Assembly (NCBI GenBank): GCA_037481835.1
Contig: JBBFKW010000013.1
Span: 84,576 to 148,575 of the forward strand
DNA: 64,000 nt
Direction: 5' to 3'
Source of the DNA: Desulfosoma sp.
Lineage (GTDB): Bacteria; Desulfobacterota; Syntrophobacteria; Syntrophobacterales; DSM-9756
Shown: one piece after another, positions 38,362 to 48,330 of the stretch
Numbering within the stretch: the first letter of the stretch is position 1
How the letters are laid out: every line of letters starts with the position of its first letter
Notes under the pieces: generated by a model
Told to the model about the DNA's origin: nothing
What the model saw: the letters and a program-made list of their open reading frames with translations, nothing else
Database searches by the model: none
Made by a program: the position numbers and the translations under genes

Positions 38362-40724
38362 CCGTGACCTCCTTGTTCAAGCCGTGGATCCAGGCTGGGG
38401 GTGTCCAAAACCGTCGTATCCCTGCTGAGTCGGGATCGGTTTTCCGTGACCGGCCGGAGCGGCGGCCGCGATTCCAGGGCGGTGTCCACCGCCACAAGGG
38501 AGGCGATGCCCACCACGAGGTTTTGCGAGGCGGCGACGACACGGGTTTCCACGTGAGCGGGGGTCTCCCGGGCCGCCACGAGACGCACCAGGGCCGTCAA
38601 CTCTTCGGGCGTGTCTCGGCGCACCAGAACCGTCACCCGATGGGCGAATTGTTCGAAAAGGGCTGCCACGACGGCTTCCTCTTCGGCGCCTTCGGCAATC
38701 TGCGGCCGAAAAAGAGCGAGGAATTCCCGTTCTTCTTCGGCGCCGAGAAAAAGGCTGCGGCCCAGGACACTGTTCCCGCTCCCGGTGATTCCGGACGTCA
38801 GCGGATCTTCTTCGTCCGTGAGGTCGGCGCCCAAAATGGTGGCGAAGGTCCGCCGCATGCGAAAATCTTCGACGACGACGATTCTTCCCTGAGCGATGCC
38901 GCCGTCCGTGGCGATGTCCAGAGCCCGTCGCAGTCCGTCCACAGTGCCGTGGGAGCGGAAAAGGATCATGGCTTCCCGGATGAAGCGCCGTCTGGCCCGT
39001 TCCGAAAAGGCGGGTTCGAGGGTGAGTCCGAACCAGGAGGCGAGCCAAGGCAGGGCGTGGGAGGCGGCGGCATCGGGATCTGTGAGCCTGTGGGCGGCGG
39101 CCACCCGGTCTTCCATGGGGGTGAGGACCCCTTCGAAAAGGCACAGGAACCGTTCCAAAAAGTCCGGACCCGAAGGAGGTCCCGCCGCGTCGGCATCGGA
39201 CCCCGAAAGGGTTTCCTTGTAGTGGTCCGGCAGGTACCGATCCCGATACGAAAAACGCGGGGCGTAGACGCGTAGCGCCGCCACTTCCGGGCCGGCCTGG
39301 CCCGTGCCGAAAAGATCCAGGGCGAGCCAAAGAAAGCGGCCTTGAAGGGAGCGGACCCGGGTTCCGGGGCGTTGCACGAGGACCATGAAAAGACCGGCGC
39401 GGTCCCGGTCCAGGGGACAGTCCAGGAATCCTCGATGAAAGGGAATTTCCGAAGGGAAAGGAACCCAACTCCCCCTTGGAACGGCTGAGGACGACAGGGA
39501 GGGGTCGAGCTCGGGCACGGTTCCGAAATGGAAGGGGACAAAACGATCCCGAGGGGGCGGATCGGGATCGTCGCTGACGGCCAATCGAACCCGAACACCG
39601 GTTCCCGGGGGAAACGTCCCTTCCAGGTAAAGCCGGTGCCACACAGTTTTCGGCGAGCCGCTGTCGAACGGTCGGGCGGCGTCAACCGCGGCTTTCTTGA
39701 CGAGGCAGGGGTGAGACAGCCGATGCAGCGGTCTGGGTTTCGGGCTTTCTTGGGCCCCATCGGTGGGGCTCTCCAGGTAGTGCACCGGGGCATGAAGGCT
39801 GTTGCACAAGGGGCCGCCGTTCCAGCCGGGCAGTGGATAGTAGTCCCCAACCGGATCGACGGCGGTCCCGATTCCCGTGGGGAGGTGAAAGACGAAGGCG
39901 TTTTTGGCGTGTTCCACCACGACGGCCCATCGGTTTTCTCCCACCCAGCCGATGGAAAAGGGAGTGGAAAGGCCGCTGAGGATGTCCGGAGGGAAAAAGC
40001 GGGTTCCGTCCCACACGACTACCCGGGCGTCCCCGTCAGCCGTCCAGAAGAGAAAGGCCATATGCCCGAAGGAGGCGGCCGCGGCGGCGACGAGTTCCCA
40101 GGTTTCGGGAACGGGAAGGGCGATAGGGCAACCCATGACGGGAGGGTTGGGGTTTTCCGCGCATGGCCTTCCGATCTCGGGAGAAAAGGAGCGGGAAAGA
40201 TGTTTTGGAAAAGGGACGCCTTCGATGGGGGCCATGATCTTGTGTCGGCGCTCCAAGGCCCAGGCGCCGCCTTGAGGACGAGCCAGGACCCGGTCAGGCT
40301 GGATATCGGGGCGGCTCAAGGACACCGGCTGCCATCGTTCCAAGACGTCCGTCATGACCACCCATCGCCCTCCGCCGGATGTCTCAACGATAAGCCACAG
40401 AACCCCTTCCGGCCCGGCAGCGGCATCCCGCACGGTTTCGGTCTCTTCCACCCTGTGGATGACCACGGGCTGAGGGAATGCGCCCGCCGCTTCCACGGCT
40501 TTGCCGTCGCGGGAAATGACAGCCCAGGTTCCATAGGCGTCCACGGTCCCTCGAAGACTGTCGGCGGCCACCCTGGCCGAGGCCTTGTCCGGGTCGGAAA
40601 TTGTCACGGCCCGGCGTGAGGCCAGCCGCAGCACGCGCCGCTTGGAATCCCAGGTCGCATCGTCGCCGAGCACCCAGTCGCCAACGTCGCTACACATCCA
40701 GAAGCGCGCCCCGTTGGCATCCAT
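38358..40724 (-). CDS. Baseplate wedge / phage tail protein (P2 gpI-like C-terminal domain)
   Basis: YLPDHY...FLERFLCLFEG...LPWLASWFG...HGTVDGLRRAL...ETPAHV; TGATG coupling to baseplate J. Confidence 0.82.
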   Translation of the reverse strand: MDANGARFWMCSDVGDWVLGDDATWDSKRRVLRLASRRAVTISDPDKASARVAADSLRGTVDAYGTWAVISRDGKAVEAAGAFPQPVVIHRVEETETVRDAAAGPEGVLWLIVETSGGGRWVVMTDVLERWQPVSLSRPDIQPDRVLARPQGGAWALERRHKIMAPIEGVPFPKHLSRSFSPEIGRPCAENPNPPVMGCPIALPVPETWELVAAAAASFGHMAFLFWTADGDARVVVWDGTRFFPPDILSGLSTPFSIGWVGENRWAVVVEHAKNAFVFHLPTGIGTAVDPVGDYYPLPGWNGGPLCNSLHAPVHYLESPTDGAQESPKPRPLHRLSHPCLVKKAAVDAARPFDSGSPKTVWHRLYLEGTFPPGTGVRVRLAVSDDPDPPPRDRFVPFHFGTVPELDPSLSSSAVPRGSWVPFPSEIPFHRGFLDCPLDRDRAGLFMVLVQRPGTRVRSLQGRFLWLALDLFGTGQAGPEVAALRVYAPRFSYRDRYLPDHYKETLSGSDADAAGPPSGPDFLERFLCLFEGVLTPMEDRVAAAHRLTDPDAAASHALPWLASWFGLTLEPAFSERARRRFIREAMILFRSHGTVDGLRRALDIATDGGIAQGRIVVVEDFRMRRTFATILGADLTDEEDPLTSGITGSGNSVLGRSLFLGAEEEREFLALFRPQIAEGAEEEAVVAALFEQFAHRVTVLVRRDTPEELTALVRLVAARETPAHVETRVVAASQNLVVGIASLVAVDTALESRPPLRPVTENRSRLSRDTTVLDTPSLDPRLEQGGHG

Positions 40725-42934
40725 CAACACACCTCCGGCACCACAGGAATGGGAACGGCAAGTGCCTCTGAGCTCATCGCATCCAAGGGCGGCCGAAAGG
40801 CTGCAACGGCCTGATCCCCCTCGTCGCAAACGGCGTGGAGGAGCTCGGGAAGCTGCCATGGGTCCAGCGGGAAAACAGCGGGTTTTCCTTCAGCCACTGC
40901 TTCCACGGCTTTCCATCCGTCCGTTTCCAAGGAAAAGAGTCGGACCTCGCTGACGTGCCGAACGCCGGGAACCCGAGCGACCATGGTTTCCACGTCCCGA
41001 TCCACGACGGCCGCGCCCAGGGGCCATCCCGTGCCGGCCAGGCCGCCGGGAGGCAGAGGCCAGAGGAATCTTTGGAGTGCATGCCGCACGTTCTGGAGCA
41101 CCTGATCCCGAATATGGCCCGATTGAAGGTGCACCGCGGCGGCAACGGCCAGGGGCTTGTATTCCACGCCGATCACGTACAATTCCGTACCCACGGGCCG
41201 CCGGGCATCCAAATAAGCGTGGACCCGTTCCAGGGTGAGTCGATCGGGCCTGGGACACGGAGGGAGAAGGTCTTCTTTGGCAGGGAGCACAACGACACTG
41301 ACAACGCCGGGGACATCGAAGCGCCGCTGCTGCGGTTTGAAACGGGAGAGCACTTCCACGCGGCCGACACGAACGGCCGGAGTTTCCGCCGCCAGGCTCC
41401 TGTAGTCGTCTTCGGTGACGGCCCGGTCTTGATGACGCAAGGTTTCGGGGATGCGCTTTTCGGCCTGCGCCAAGGTTTCCGCGTCGTCCCCGCCGGATGT
41501 GGCCAGAGGCTGCCAGGCTTTACATTGGGGATGGGAGACGGCGTTCAAAGTCATAGGCGGGAGATTACCCCTCCGACCGCCGCCGAATCGCAGGGTATCG
41601 ACCCGAAGGCGCATCCCGGCTTCCGGAATGCGCCCCCTCACGCCGTCCCCAAAGCGGATCTTCCCGGCTTCTGCATCCAGTTCGTAGGCCCGATCGTCCC
41701 GGTCCGAAGTGTTCAGATCGTGCGTGCGGCGCCACACGACGAAACCGTCCACGGAATCTTCCACGGCTACCACGAGCGTTTCCGGATCCACCGATGTTCC
41801 GGGCAGTTGGAACTCTTGATCCGCCGTGCCGTCGGAAGTGCCGATGACGACGTTACGGATCGTTCTTCTTTGATCGATGGGGACGACGTTGACGCCCACC
41901 CAAGAAACGGACAGGCTTTCGAGAGGGCGTGTCGGTCGCATGCGAATCCAGGCGATAAGACGCGAGGCCTTTTCCGAATCGTCCAACCGCGGAGGCCTGT
42001 CTCCCACGCCGGCGAAAAGGTCCCGTTCCACATCGTTTTCGGGGGCGCTTATATCGTCCGCATCCGGTAAGATGAGCCGCAGGACGCCTTCCCGGACGAG
42101 CCCCGAGGTGCCGTCTTCGGCCATGTCCATAGTGAGATATTCCGGTTCGCCCGACGGAAAGCGCCGGCGGGACGTGATTTCCCACACGTGGGGCACCGCG
42201 GCCCGTGCGCCCAAGACCTCCAGGATGCCGGGGACTTTCAGGGCGGGAGACCACCCCACATTGAGAACCCTGGGACCCGCCGCGTCCCGGGACAAAGCCC
42301 TCCTTACTGCGGCGACGTCCGCCTTTTGAGGGGCGAAGAGGGCCAACCAGAGGCAGCCGTCGATGGTGCCCGCGGCGATATCCACACCGCTTGGGTCGGC
42401 TTGCCGGTTTGGGAAAAGAGGCGTCGTGATGTAAGGCACGGAGCCCGGAGCTTCTCGGGTTGCGCCCAAACCGTAGACGGATTCCAAGCCGGCGATGACG
42501 TCTTCAAGGCGCTTCATTTCCTCCGCGGACGGCCTCCTCTTGAGATAGGGCTCCCCTTCAAGGGGCAGCACCATGATCTCTCCCGTCGTTTCAAAGGGCA
42601 CGGGCCCGGTCACGGCCGTGCCCACTGGCACGGACAAGATGTCGGGTTTTTGGGGGTTGGACGATTCCAAGACGAGGAGTCCGCAGGCGGCCACCGCGGC
42701 TTTCAAGGGGATGTGAAGCAGTTTCAAAAAAGCCAGGCGCTGCCGCTCGGGGATGCGGTTGGCCCGATACAAGAGGGCGTCGGCGAGCCATGCGAAGAGT
42801 TCCAGGATCGTCCGGCCGGGATCCCCCAGAGCCGGATGGGTCCATTCCGGCGTGTGCCCAGGGATCCTGTCAAGCAGCTCGCGAACCCAATCGTCGAAAC
42901 CCCTGTCATCCAAAGACGGTACGGAAATGGGCAT
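40724..42934 (-). CDS. Baseplate J-like protein (Afp11-like)
   Basis: PSLDDRGFDD...PEWT...DPGRTILELFAW; IRFGDGVRGRIP; GGGRRGN; RAVTEDDY. Confidence 0.9.
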   Translation of the reverse strand: MPISVPSLDDRGFDDWVRELLDRIPGHTPEWTHPALGDPGRTILELFAWLADALLYRANRIPERQRLAFLKLLHIPLKAAVAACGLLVLESSNPQKPDILSVPVGTAVTGPVPFETTGEIMVLPLEGEPYLKRRPSAEEMKRLEDVIAGLESVYGLGATREAPGSVPYITTPLFPNRQADPSGVDIAAGTIDGCLWLALFAPQKADVAAVRRALSRDAAGPRVLNVGWSPALKVPGILEVLGARAAVPHVWEITSRRRFPSGEPEYLTMDMAEDGTSGLVREGVLRLILPDADDISAPENDVERDLFAGVGDRPPRLDDSEKASRLIAWIRMRPTRPLESLSVSWVGVNVVPIDQRRTIRNVVIGTSDGTADQEFQLPGTSVDPETLVVAVEDSVDGFVVWRRTHDLNTSDRDDRAYELDAEAGKIRFGDGVRGRIPEAGMRLRVDTLRFGGGRRGNLPPMTLNAVSHPQCKAWQPLATSGGDDAETLAQAEKRIPETLRHQDRAVTEDDYRSLAAETPAVRVGRVEVLSRFKPQQRRFDVPGVVSVVVLPAKEDLLPPCPRPDRLTLERVHAYLDARRPVGTELYVIGVEYKPLAVAAAVHLQSGHIRDQVLQNVRHALQRFLWPLPPGGLAGTGWPLGAAVVDRDVETMVARVPGVRHVSEVRLFSLETDGWKAVEAVAEGKPAVFPLDPWQLPELLHAVCDEGDQAVAAFRPPLDAMSSEALAVPIPVVPEVC

Positions 42935-42937
42935 GGC

Positions 42938-43342
42938 TCAGCTCTCCAAGGTCATGGTCAGGGCCGTCCGGGCCGGCCGATTGGTGCGCCGCAGCCTGTA
43001 GACGATTTCCACGCGGATTCGATCAGGGGTGTCGGCCACGGCTTCCACAAGCACATGATCCACCAGAATTCTCGGTTCCCATTTTTCCAGAGCGTCCAAG
43101 ACGGCATCGTGAATCCGCCGACGGGTGCTCAACGTGTTCGGTTCGTGAACAAAGCGGCCCAGACCTGCGCCGAAAGCCGGACGCATGAGAAGCTCCCCGG
43201 GTTGAGTGAGCAGCACGATGCGGATGCTCTGGCGGACGCTCTCCTCCAAAGAGGGGAAGTGGAGACGCCCGTCCGAATCGGGGACCGGAAGAAGGGGCCA
43301 GCCGATGGGTTCCGGCGGAAGATGGCTCGTCTTTCCAGGCAT
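42938..43342 (-). CDS. GPW/gp25 family baseplate protein (Afp9-like)
   Basis: VRQSIRIVLLTQPGELLMRPAFGAGL...LEKWEPRI. Confidence 0.92.
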   Translation of the reverse strand: MPGKTSHLPPEPIGWPLLPVPDSDGRLHFPSLEESVRQSIRIVLLTQPGELLMRPAFGAGLGRFVHEPNTLSTRRRIHDAVLDALEKWEPRILVDHVLVEAVADTPDRIRVEIVYRLRRTNRPARTALTMTLES

Positions 43343-43433
43343 GCGGATGCGTCCTCCTGAAATGTTGACATTCGCGACGTCAAGAAGCGCCAGACTTTCT
43401 GGTTAGCGCCCAAAAGACCGGCCTACGCCCCTT

Positions 43434-44927
43434 TCACCCTTCGGAGTCTGAGCCCGTGGAGCCAGACACGGGAAAGGGGATGCAAATGCGCACAAAAGGC
43501 AGCCAAAAAAAGACGATGTGGAGCAGCACCAAGAAAATCTGCAGGACGATGAAGGCGCACAGGGTGATGATGGGGATACTGAAGCCGCAAATCATGCCGA
43601 AAGAGCCCGCCCCTTCCTCGTGGGAACCGTCCAGGAGCTTGTTCATGTCCAGTTTTTCCAATGTCTTTCGAAGGGACGGCGGCACCGTGAAAGCGACGTT
43701 GGGCTTGAGCTTGGAAAGTGCCTTCTTGTCCAGTGCGGGAAGCGTGACGGAGACCGGGGGTTGCCCGCCGCTTTCGTACCAAGGGACGATTTCGAAAACT
43801 TCCGACGGCGCACCCCATACCGTCCGGCACGGGCATCCGTTTTCTCCTTTGATCCGCACGAACACGCAGACGACATAGGTGTCCCCGATTCCGTCGAAAC
43901 GGCGCTGTCGAGGGGCGGTGGCCTGCCAGCGTGCCGTCAGAGCCGCTTTGATCGCCGTGCGCACGGCTCGGGCCTGCGCGGTGGACAGAGCCGGCCAATG
44001 GGACGGTACGCTCCGAAGCCCCTTGTCCCCCACGCCGTCCATTTCGCCGTAGGCCTTTTCCACAACAGATCGAAGGCTGGATCCGGAGGAGCCGGCTGCC
44101 GAGGGGATCGTCTCCAAAATTTTCAGGACCTCTTGGCCCTCCTTGGATCCCGTGAACGCGCCCACGTCCCTTTCCAAAAAGTGAATCATGTCCACGAAGT
44201 CCTGCCGCGAAAGGACCGTCGAGCCGGACTGGGCCGAAGCCGCCTGGAACCCTCTGGGAATACGGCTCTGGAGAAGGGCGTCGTCGAAAGGCGGTGAAGA
44301 CGCCTGGGCCGCCATGTCGTCGCTTGTTAGAGGCAGCATTCCATAATAGAAGGTCTTGCCCCGCGCCGAGCACACATCCGGCGGCGCCGCGAAAAGGGGA
44401 TGGACGGATTCGCTGAGGCCCTGCAGTGGATCAGGACGGACGGCCTTGGCCAAGAGCCCATGGTTTTTCCCCAGGGACCTCCGTCGGCGGATTTCAGGAT
44501 CCGGATCGTAATTGCCATACGCGGCGGTCGCGTCTTGCGGCAGATCCTTCCATCCCAGCACGTCTTTTCCCTGTCCCATCCACCCCTGGAGCCCGCTTTT
44601 CACGGCCCGGCGAATGACGAAGCCGGCCTTTTCCACGCGCTTTGGATCGAGGCGGGGTTCGCCGGGACGGGTGCAGGCCGCATCGACGAGGACCAGGTGA
44701 AAAAGGCGATGGACGGGCTGGTAGAGCCGAAGACGCTTTTCCGGGGTGCGTTCGGCCGCAACCTTGTGGGAGAGAGCGGTTTTCCACTCGGGATGCTTGA
44801 GGATCTCCAGAAGCTTGGGCACGCAGTCCGGTTCGGAGAACTGGAGAATGGTCGGACGCGGTGCCGCGTCCAGGGCGCCGACGGCAGCAGACCCGACCAC
44901 GCGGATGGTGGGTTTGGCGGTTACCAT
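43434..44927 (-). CDS. Uncharacterised eCIS protein, 497 aa, with long hydrophobic C-terminus
   Basis: ATG overlaps the end of gpV; C-terminal MICGFSIPIITLCAFIVLQIFLVLLHIVFFWLPFVRICIPFP. Confidence 0.75.
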   Translation of the reverse strand: MVTAKPTIRVVGSAAVGALDAAPRPTILQFSEPDCVPKLLEILKHPEWKTALSHKVAAERTPEKRLRLYQPVHRLFHLVLVDAACTRPGEPRLDPKRVEKAGFVIRRAVKSGLQGWMGQGKDVLGWKDLPQDATAAYGNYDPDPEIRRRRSLGKNHGLLAKAVRPDPLQGLSESVHPLFAAPPDVCSARGKTFYYGMLPLTSDDMAAQASSPPFDDALLQSRIPRGFQAASAQSGSTVLSRQDFVDMIHFLERDVGAFTGSKEGQEVLKILETIPSAAGSSGSSLRSVVEKAYGEMDGVGDKGLRSVPSHWPALSTAQARAVRTAIKAALTARWQATAPRQRRFDGIGDTYVVCVFVRIKGENGCPCRTVWGAPSEVFEIVPWYESGGQPPVSVTLPALDKKALSKLKPNVAFTVPPSLRKTLEKLDMNKLLDGSHEEGAGSFGMICGFSIPIITLCAFIVLQIFLVLLHIVFFWLPFVRICIPFPVSGSTGSDSEG

Positions 44928-45610
44928 ATGTTTCCCGCTCCCGGCGTATAGGTCGAGGCGACCACGGTTGTGGAAATCAGCGTGTTGCATTGGACCACCC
45001 CGCTGAAACTCGCCATGGCCGTATCCACCTGGACCATGCCTGCAGAGATGCTCACCTGGGATGCTTCCACGGAGACGAGGGAGGGGGCTTGAACGGACAC
45101 GCCCGACGGGTCCACGGTGATCGTGTTGCCTGCGGCGCGGCAGGTGATGGTGCCCCCGCCGTTGTCCGTAAGTTCGGCTTCCACTCCGCCGGGTGTGGTG
45201 AGCCGTACCGTCGGGTTTCCCGATGCGGGCTCTTCAATGGCGATGCGCGTCCCGGCCTTTCCCACCAGAGTCCACCGGTCCACGGCGTCCCCGGAGCCGC
45301 CGAGGGTTTCGGGCGCTTCAGCGGCCCCGTTCCACATGGATCCCACCACCACGGGGTAACGCGGATCTCCCCCGATAAAGGTCACGACGACTTCATCGCC
45401 CACGTCCGGAAGGAAAAAGGCACCGCGGTTGGGGCCGGCGAAGGGGACGGCCACACGGGCCCAGACGGGCCCGTTCTGGTGATCGAAGCCGTCGAAGGAC
45501 AGCAGCCGCACCTGGACGCGGTTTCGTCCTTCAGGATCGTCCACCGAAGTCACGTGAGCCAAGTGAGATTGGAGCCACACCGAAGGCTTCCAACCGAGCG
45601 ATCCTTCCAT
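44921..45610 (-). CDS. Baseplate assembly protein V / gp5-like spike (OB fold + beta-repeat)
   Basis: DDPEGRNRVQV, WARVAVPFAG, FFLPDVGDEVVVTFIGGDPRYPVVVGSMWN; Val/Ser-rich beta repeats. Confidence 0.92.
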   Translation of the reverse strand: MEGSLGWKPSVWLQSHLAHVTSVDDPEGRNRVQVRLLSFDGFDHQNGPVWARVAVPFAGPNRGAFFLPDVGDEVVVTFIGGDPRYPVVVGSMWNGAAEAPETLGGSGDAVDRWTLVGKAGTRIAIEEPASGNPTVRLTTPGGVEAELTDNGGGTITCRAAGNTITVDPSGVSVQAPSLVSVEASQVSISAGMVQVDTAMASFSGVVQCNTLISTTVVASTYTPGAGNIW

Positions 45611-45614
45611 GGCG

Positions 45615-46709
45615 TTACCCTCCGAAACGGGCCCCTTCGGCCTCGAAGTCGGTTTCGTAGCCGTTGATGAGGTCGAACCGATGACGCGTGCGGGTGACCG
45701 TATAGGTGTTGTCGAATCGGGGCCCCAGTCCTTGAAGCCGAACCCGGGTGCCCACGCGAAGCCCAGGGTGCCCCGCCGCGCATCCGTCCACGATCACGAA
45801 CCGCCGGGCTCTTTGCAGATAAAGGCTATCCACCAAAGCCCGGGCTTCCCTGTCGTCTGCGGTCACAAAGGCCCCGGCGTGTTCCCGTCGGGGTCCAAAG
45901 GCCTCTTCCAGCACCTGGGTTCCCGTGCGGCCCGTTCCCGGTCCCAAAGGCAGAGCGCCGTTGCTTTCCACATGGATCACCGCTCCTTGGACCGCATCCC
46001 AGCCGCTGTAGGTCACGGCCGACACCTGATCCGCCAGATCGGCCGTCACCCGCACGCTTTTGAGAAGGCTGTGGAGTTCCAGGGTGATTTCTCGGAGCGA
46101 CCCTTGGGACCACGGGCCGGCTTCCAATTCCTGCCCGGAAATTTTCATCCAGCCGTCGAAGCGTTCCAGCACGCGCCGAAGGAAACCCAGGTCGGTTTCA
46201 TTGATCTGCACTTGAGTGCCGGGATCCTGGTCCAGGCCGCTCACGCGCGGGCGAAGCCCCAATTCGGCGGCGATCGTTTCCACGAGGCCGCCGAGTGTCC
46301 TTTCCGTATAGGTGCGCGTGCGGCGTCTCATTCGAGCCTTCCAAAGGGCGTCTTCAGCGAAGACGAGGAGTTCCGGGGGATGAGCCGGTTCGAAAGAAAT
46401 TTCCACGGCGCTGATGATTCCCTGAAAGATTTCTTGAGGGCTCGTTTCGTCTCCCATGAAAAGACGCACCGACGTCCCCAGCGAAAGCGGGCTTCCCCCT
46501 TCGGTTTCAAAGGCCCACCCGATACCCCGTTCTGAGGTTCGGACCGTGTCAGCGAAGCGCAGTTCCGCATGAGCGAGGCCATCGCGCTCTTCGTGCACTT
46601 CGGCGCACACGAGGAGTTCGTCCGCCGCCGGGCACCGCTGTCCGTTCAAAAGAAAGGACGGCCGCGCTGCGTACAGAGACGCTTGGGCGATGGGGGGTTC
46701 CGTGCTCAT
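45615..46709 (-). CDS. Phage late control D / gp27-like hub (N-terminal half of Afp8/VgrG)
   Basis: IFQGIISAVE, AEDAL, QINETDLGFLRR, GHPGLRVG...GLGPRFDNTYTVTRTRHRFD. Confidence 0.9.
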   Translation of the reverse strand: MSTEPPIAQASLYAARPSFLLNGQRCPAADELLVCAEVHEERDGLAHAELRFADTVRTSERGIGWAFETEGGSPLSLGTSVRLFMGDETSPQEIFQGIISAVEISFEPAHPPELLVFAEDALWKARMRRRTRTYTERTLGGLVETIAAELGLRPRVSGLDQDPGTQVQINETDLGFLRRVLERFDGWMKISGQELEAGPWSQGSLREITLELHSLLKSVRVTADLADQVSAVTYSGWDAVQGAVIHVESNGALPLGPGTGRTGTQVLEEAFGPRREHAGAFVTADDREARALVDSLYLQRARRFVIVDGCAAGHPGLRVGTRVRLQGLGPRFDNTYTVTRTRHRFDLINGYETDFEAEGARFGG

Positions 46710-46800
46710 CGCGGTTCTCTCATCTCAAAGACTTTCTTGCGCATGGGCCTGGGCCTTTGTTGCGATCGACAAAGATGCCGTGCCGAAACGCTGCGGTCCC

Positions 46801-46983
46801 TCATTGGGCAGAAAGGCGGGCGATGCGCCTTTGCCAGTCGAGCACCATTCGGCGCACACGCCGTGCTTCCCCTTCAGGGTCCCGAGGCGTCGTCGGCGCA
46901 GAGCGCGCCTCGGTTCTTTGCGAGCTCTCCGGTTCTTCCACGATTTCCGCCGTGACTTCTTCGAACACGATGGCCACCGTCAT
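46801..46983 (-). CDS. Small eCIS hypothetical protein, 60 aa
   Basis: ATGA overlap with the upstream gene, GAGGAGG RBS; acidic beta-strand N-terminus and Arg-rich helical end. Confidence 0.6.
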   Translation of the reverse strand: MTVAIVFEEVTAEIVEEPESSQRTEARSAPTTPRDPEGEARRVRRMVLDWQRRIARLSAQ

Positions 46984-47819
46984 CCCTCCTCAAAGCGAAT
47001 GAGGTCGCGAAGGCTTTTCCCCGATCCCACATCCGCTCGAAACCCTCCGGAAACGCCTGCTTTGACTTTGCCGCCCATGCCAAACTCCAGCCCCGTGGGC
47101 GCCGGAGTCGATACGGAAAAACCGGTTTTCAGGCTCACCTCCGCCCCGAAGGCCACAGTCCCGATGCCGGGACGCCGCAGGCTCTCCACGTCGTTTATCC
47201 GGGCAAGGTCCTTTGCCGCTCGAGGATCTCCCGCCTTGGCGGCACTTTGGGTGAGGCTTTCGTCGGGATCCACATCCATGAGCGTGGCCTGGGTGCGTTC
47301 CTGTACCGCCTCCCGCTGCGCGGCGCTCACCTCAGCCTCTTCGAACCGCCGTTCCTGCTGGCTCAGCGTGAGGGCTACCGAGGAGCGAAGCGGGATGCCT
47401 TCCGGGGCGAAGAAGTCCAGGGTCTCCTTGTAACTGGAGATGAACCCCGTAAATTTCACCGTGCCCCATTCGAAGACGACGACGGCGGGGATTTTCTTGT
47501 TTCGGTCCCGGGCCTGGCGGGCGCCCCGGTTGAGCACGGGATCCATCATGCGGGCGATGGGCTGCGTGTGTTCGCGAACATCGGTGCCGGTGAGGGTTGT
47601 GTCGAAGATCAGTTCCATGGAAAGTTCCGCCGTCGCGTCGGTCACATGCTGGGCGGCTTGGGCTCCCCGACCCTTTTGGACCCGGTTTGTCAGGGTCATC
47701 TGGAGTGTTTCCGGGTTGAAATGCACGGACACGCGTCGCGCCTCCTGATCGGATGCGGACAAGTTTCGGCCGTTTTCGTCGGTGAGCGGCGTCAGGACGG
47801 CTTTGACAGGTTCCGGCAC
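46980..47819 (-). CDS. Tube initiator (Afp7-like CIS tube protein)
   Basis: VHFNPETL, LSMELIFDT, VVFEWGTVKFTG...ETLDFFAPEGIPLRS; degenerate LysM-like segment. Confidence 0.85.
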   Translation of the reverse strand: MPEPVKAVLTPLTDENGRNLSASDQEARRVSVHFNPETLQMTLTNRVQKGRGAQAAQHVTDATAELSMELIFDTTLTGTDVREHTQPIARMMDPVLNRGARQARDRNKKIPAVVVFEWGTVKFTGFISSYKETLDFFAPEGIPLRSSVALTLSQQERRFEEAEVSAAQREAVQERTQATLMDVDPDESLTQSAAKAGDPRAAKDLARINDVESLRRPGIGTVAFGAEVSLKTGFSVSTPAPTGLEFGMGGKVKAGVSGGFRADVGSGKSLRDLIRFEEG

Positions 47820-47821
47820 GT

Positions 47822-48316
47822 TCAGCTCCCTTCCCGTTCCAACCCTTCGTGGACGAAATGCACTTCTTCAATGCCCACATCGGCGGCGCGGGCGTTGAAA
47901 TCCGGGGCCCTGAACTTGACGGGCAACGCCCGGCGCAGCCGCCATCGAAGGGCCCCTTCGTGGGATTCCGGGTCCATCCCCATGTCCAGGAGTGTGATGA
48001 CCACATCCAGCCGAAAGGCGTAGCCGCCCTTGGCCACCAGTTCGAACCAGCGCCAGAGATCCCGGGAGGATGTGATCCCCCGCCGAAGGATGACCGTTCC
48101 AAAAGATACGCGGCCGGCCCGGTGCACCGCCCCGTAATTTCGACCGCCTTCCTTGATGACCTTGGGTTCCATGGAGGCATCCAACCCGCTGCATTCGGCA
48201 AATCGGCCGCTGCACAAGGGCACGGGCTCCCCCCCGCCGTCGGCATCGGAAGCGCTGGTGAAAAAATCGACGCGGAAGCGAAAAACCGGCAAGGGGTATC
48301 CGGGATGAGACGCCAT
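47822..48316 (-). CDS. Tail tube protein 2 (T4 gp19-like, Afp5-like)
   Basis: FRFRVDF, FAECSGL, EGGRN, ILRRGI, ALPVKFRAPDFNA, IEEVHFVHEG. Confidence 0.92.
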   Translation of the reverse strand: MASHPGYPLPVFRFRVDFFTSASDADGGGEPVPLCSGRFAECSGLDASMEPKVIKEGGRNYGAVHRAGRVSFGTVILRRGITSSRDLWRWFELVAKGGYAFRLDVVITLLDMGMDPESHEGALRWRLRRALPVKFRAPDFNARAADVGIEEVHFVHEGLEREGS

Positions 48317-48330
48317 GACGACCTGTCTCC

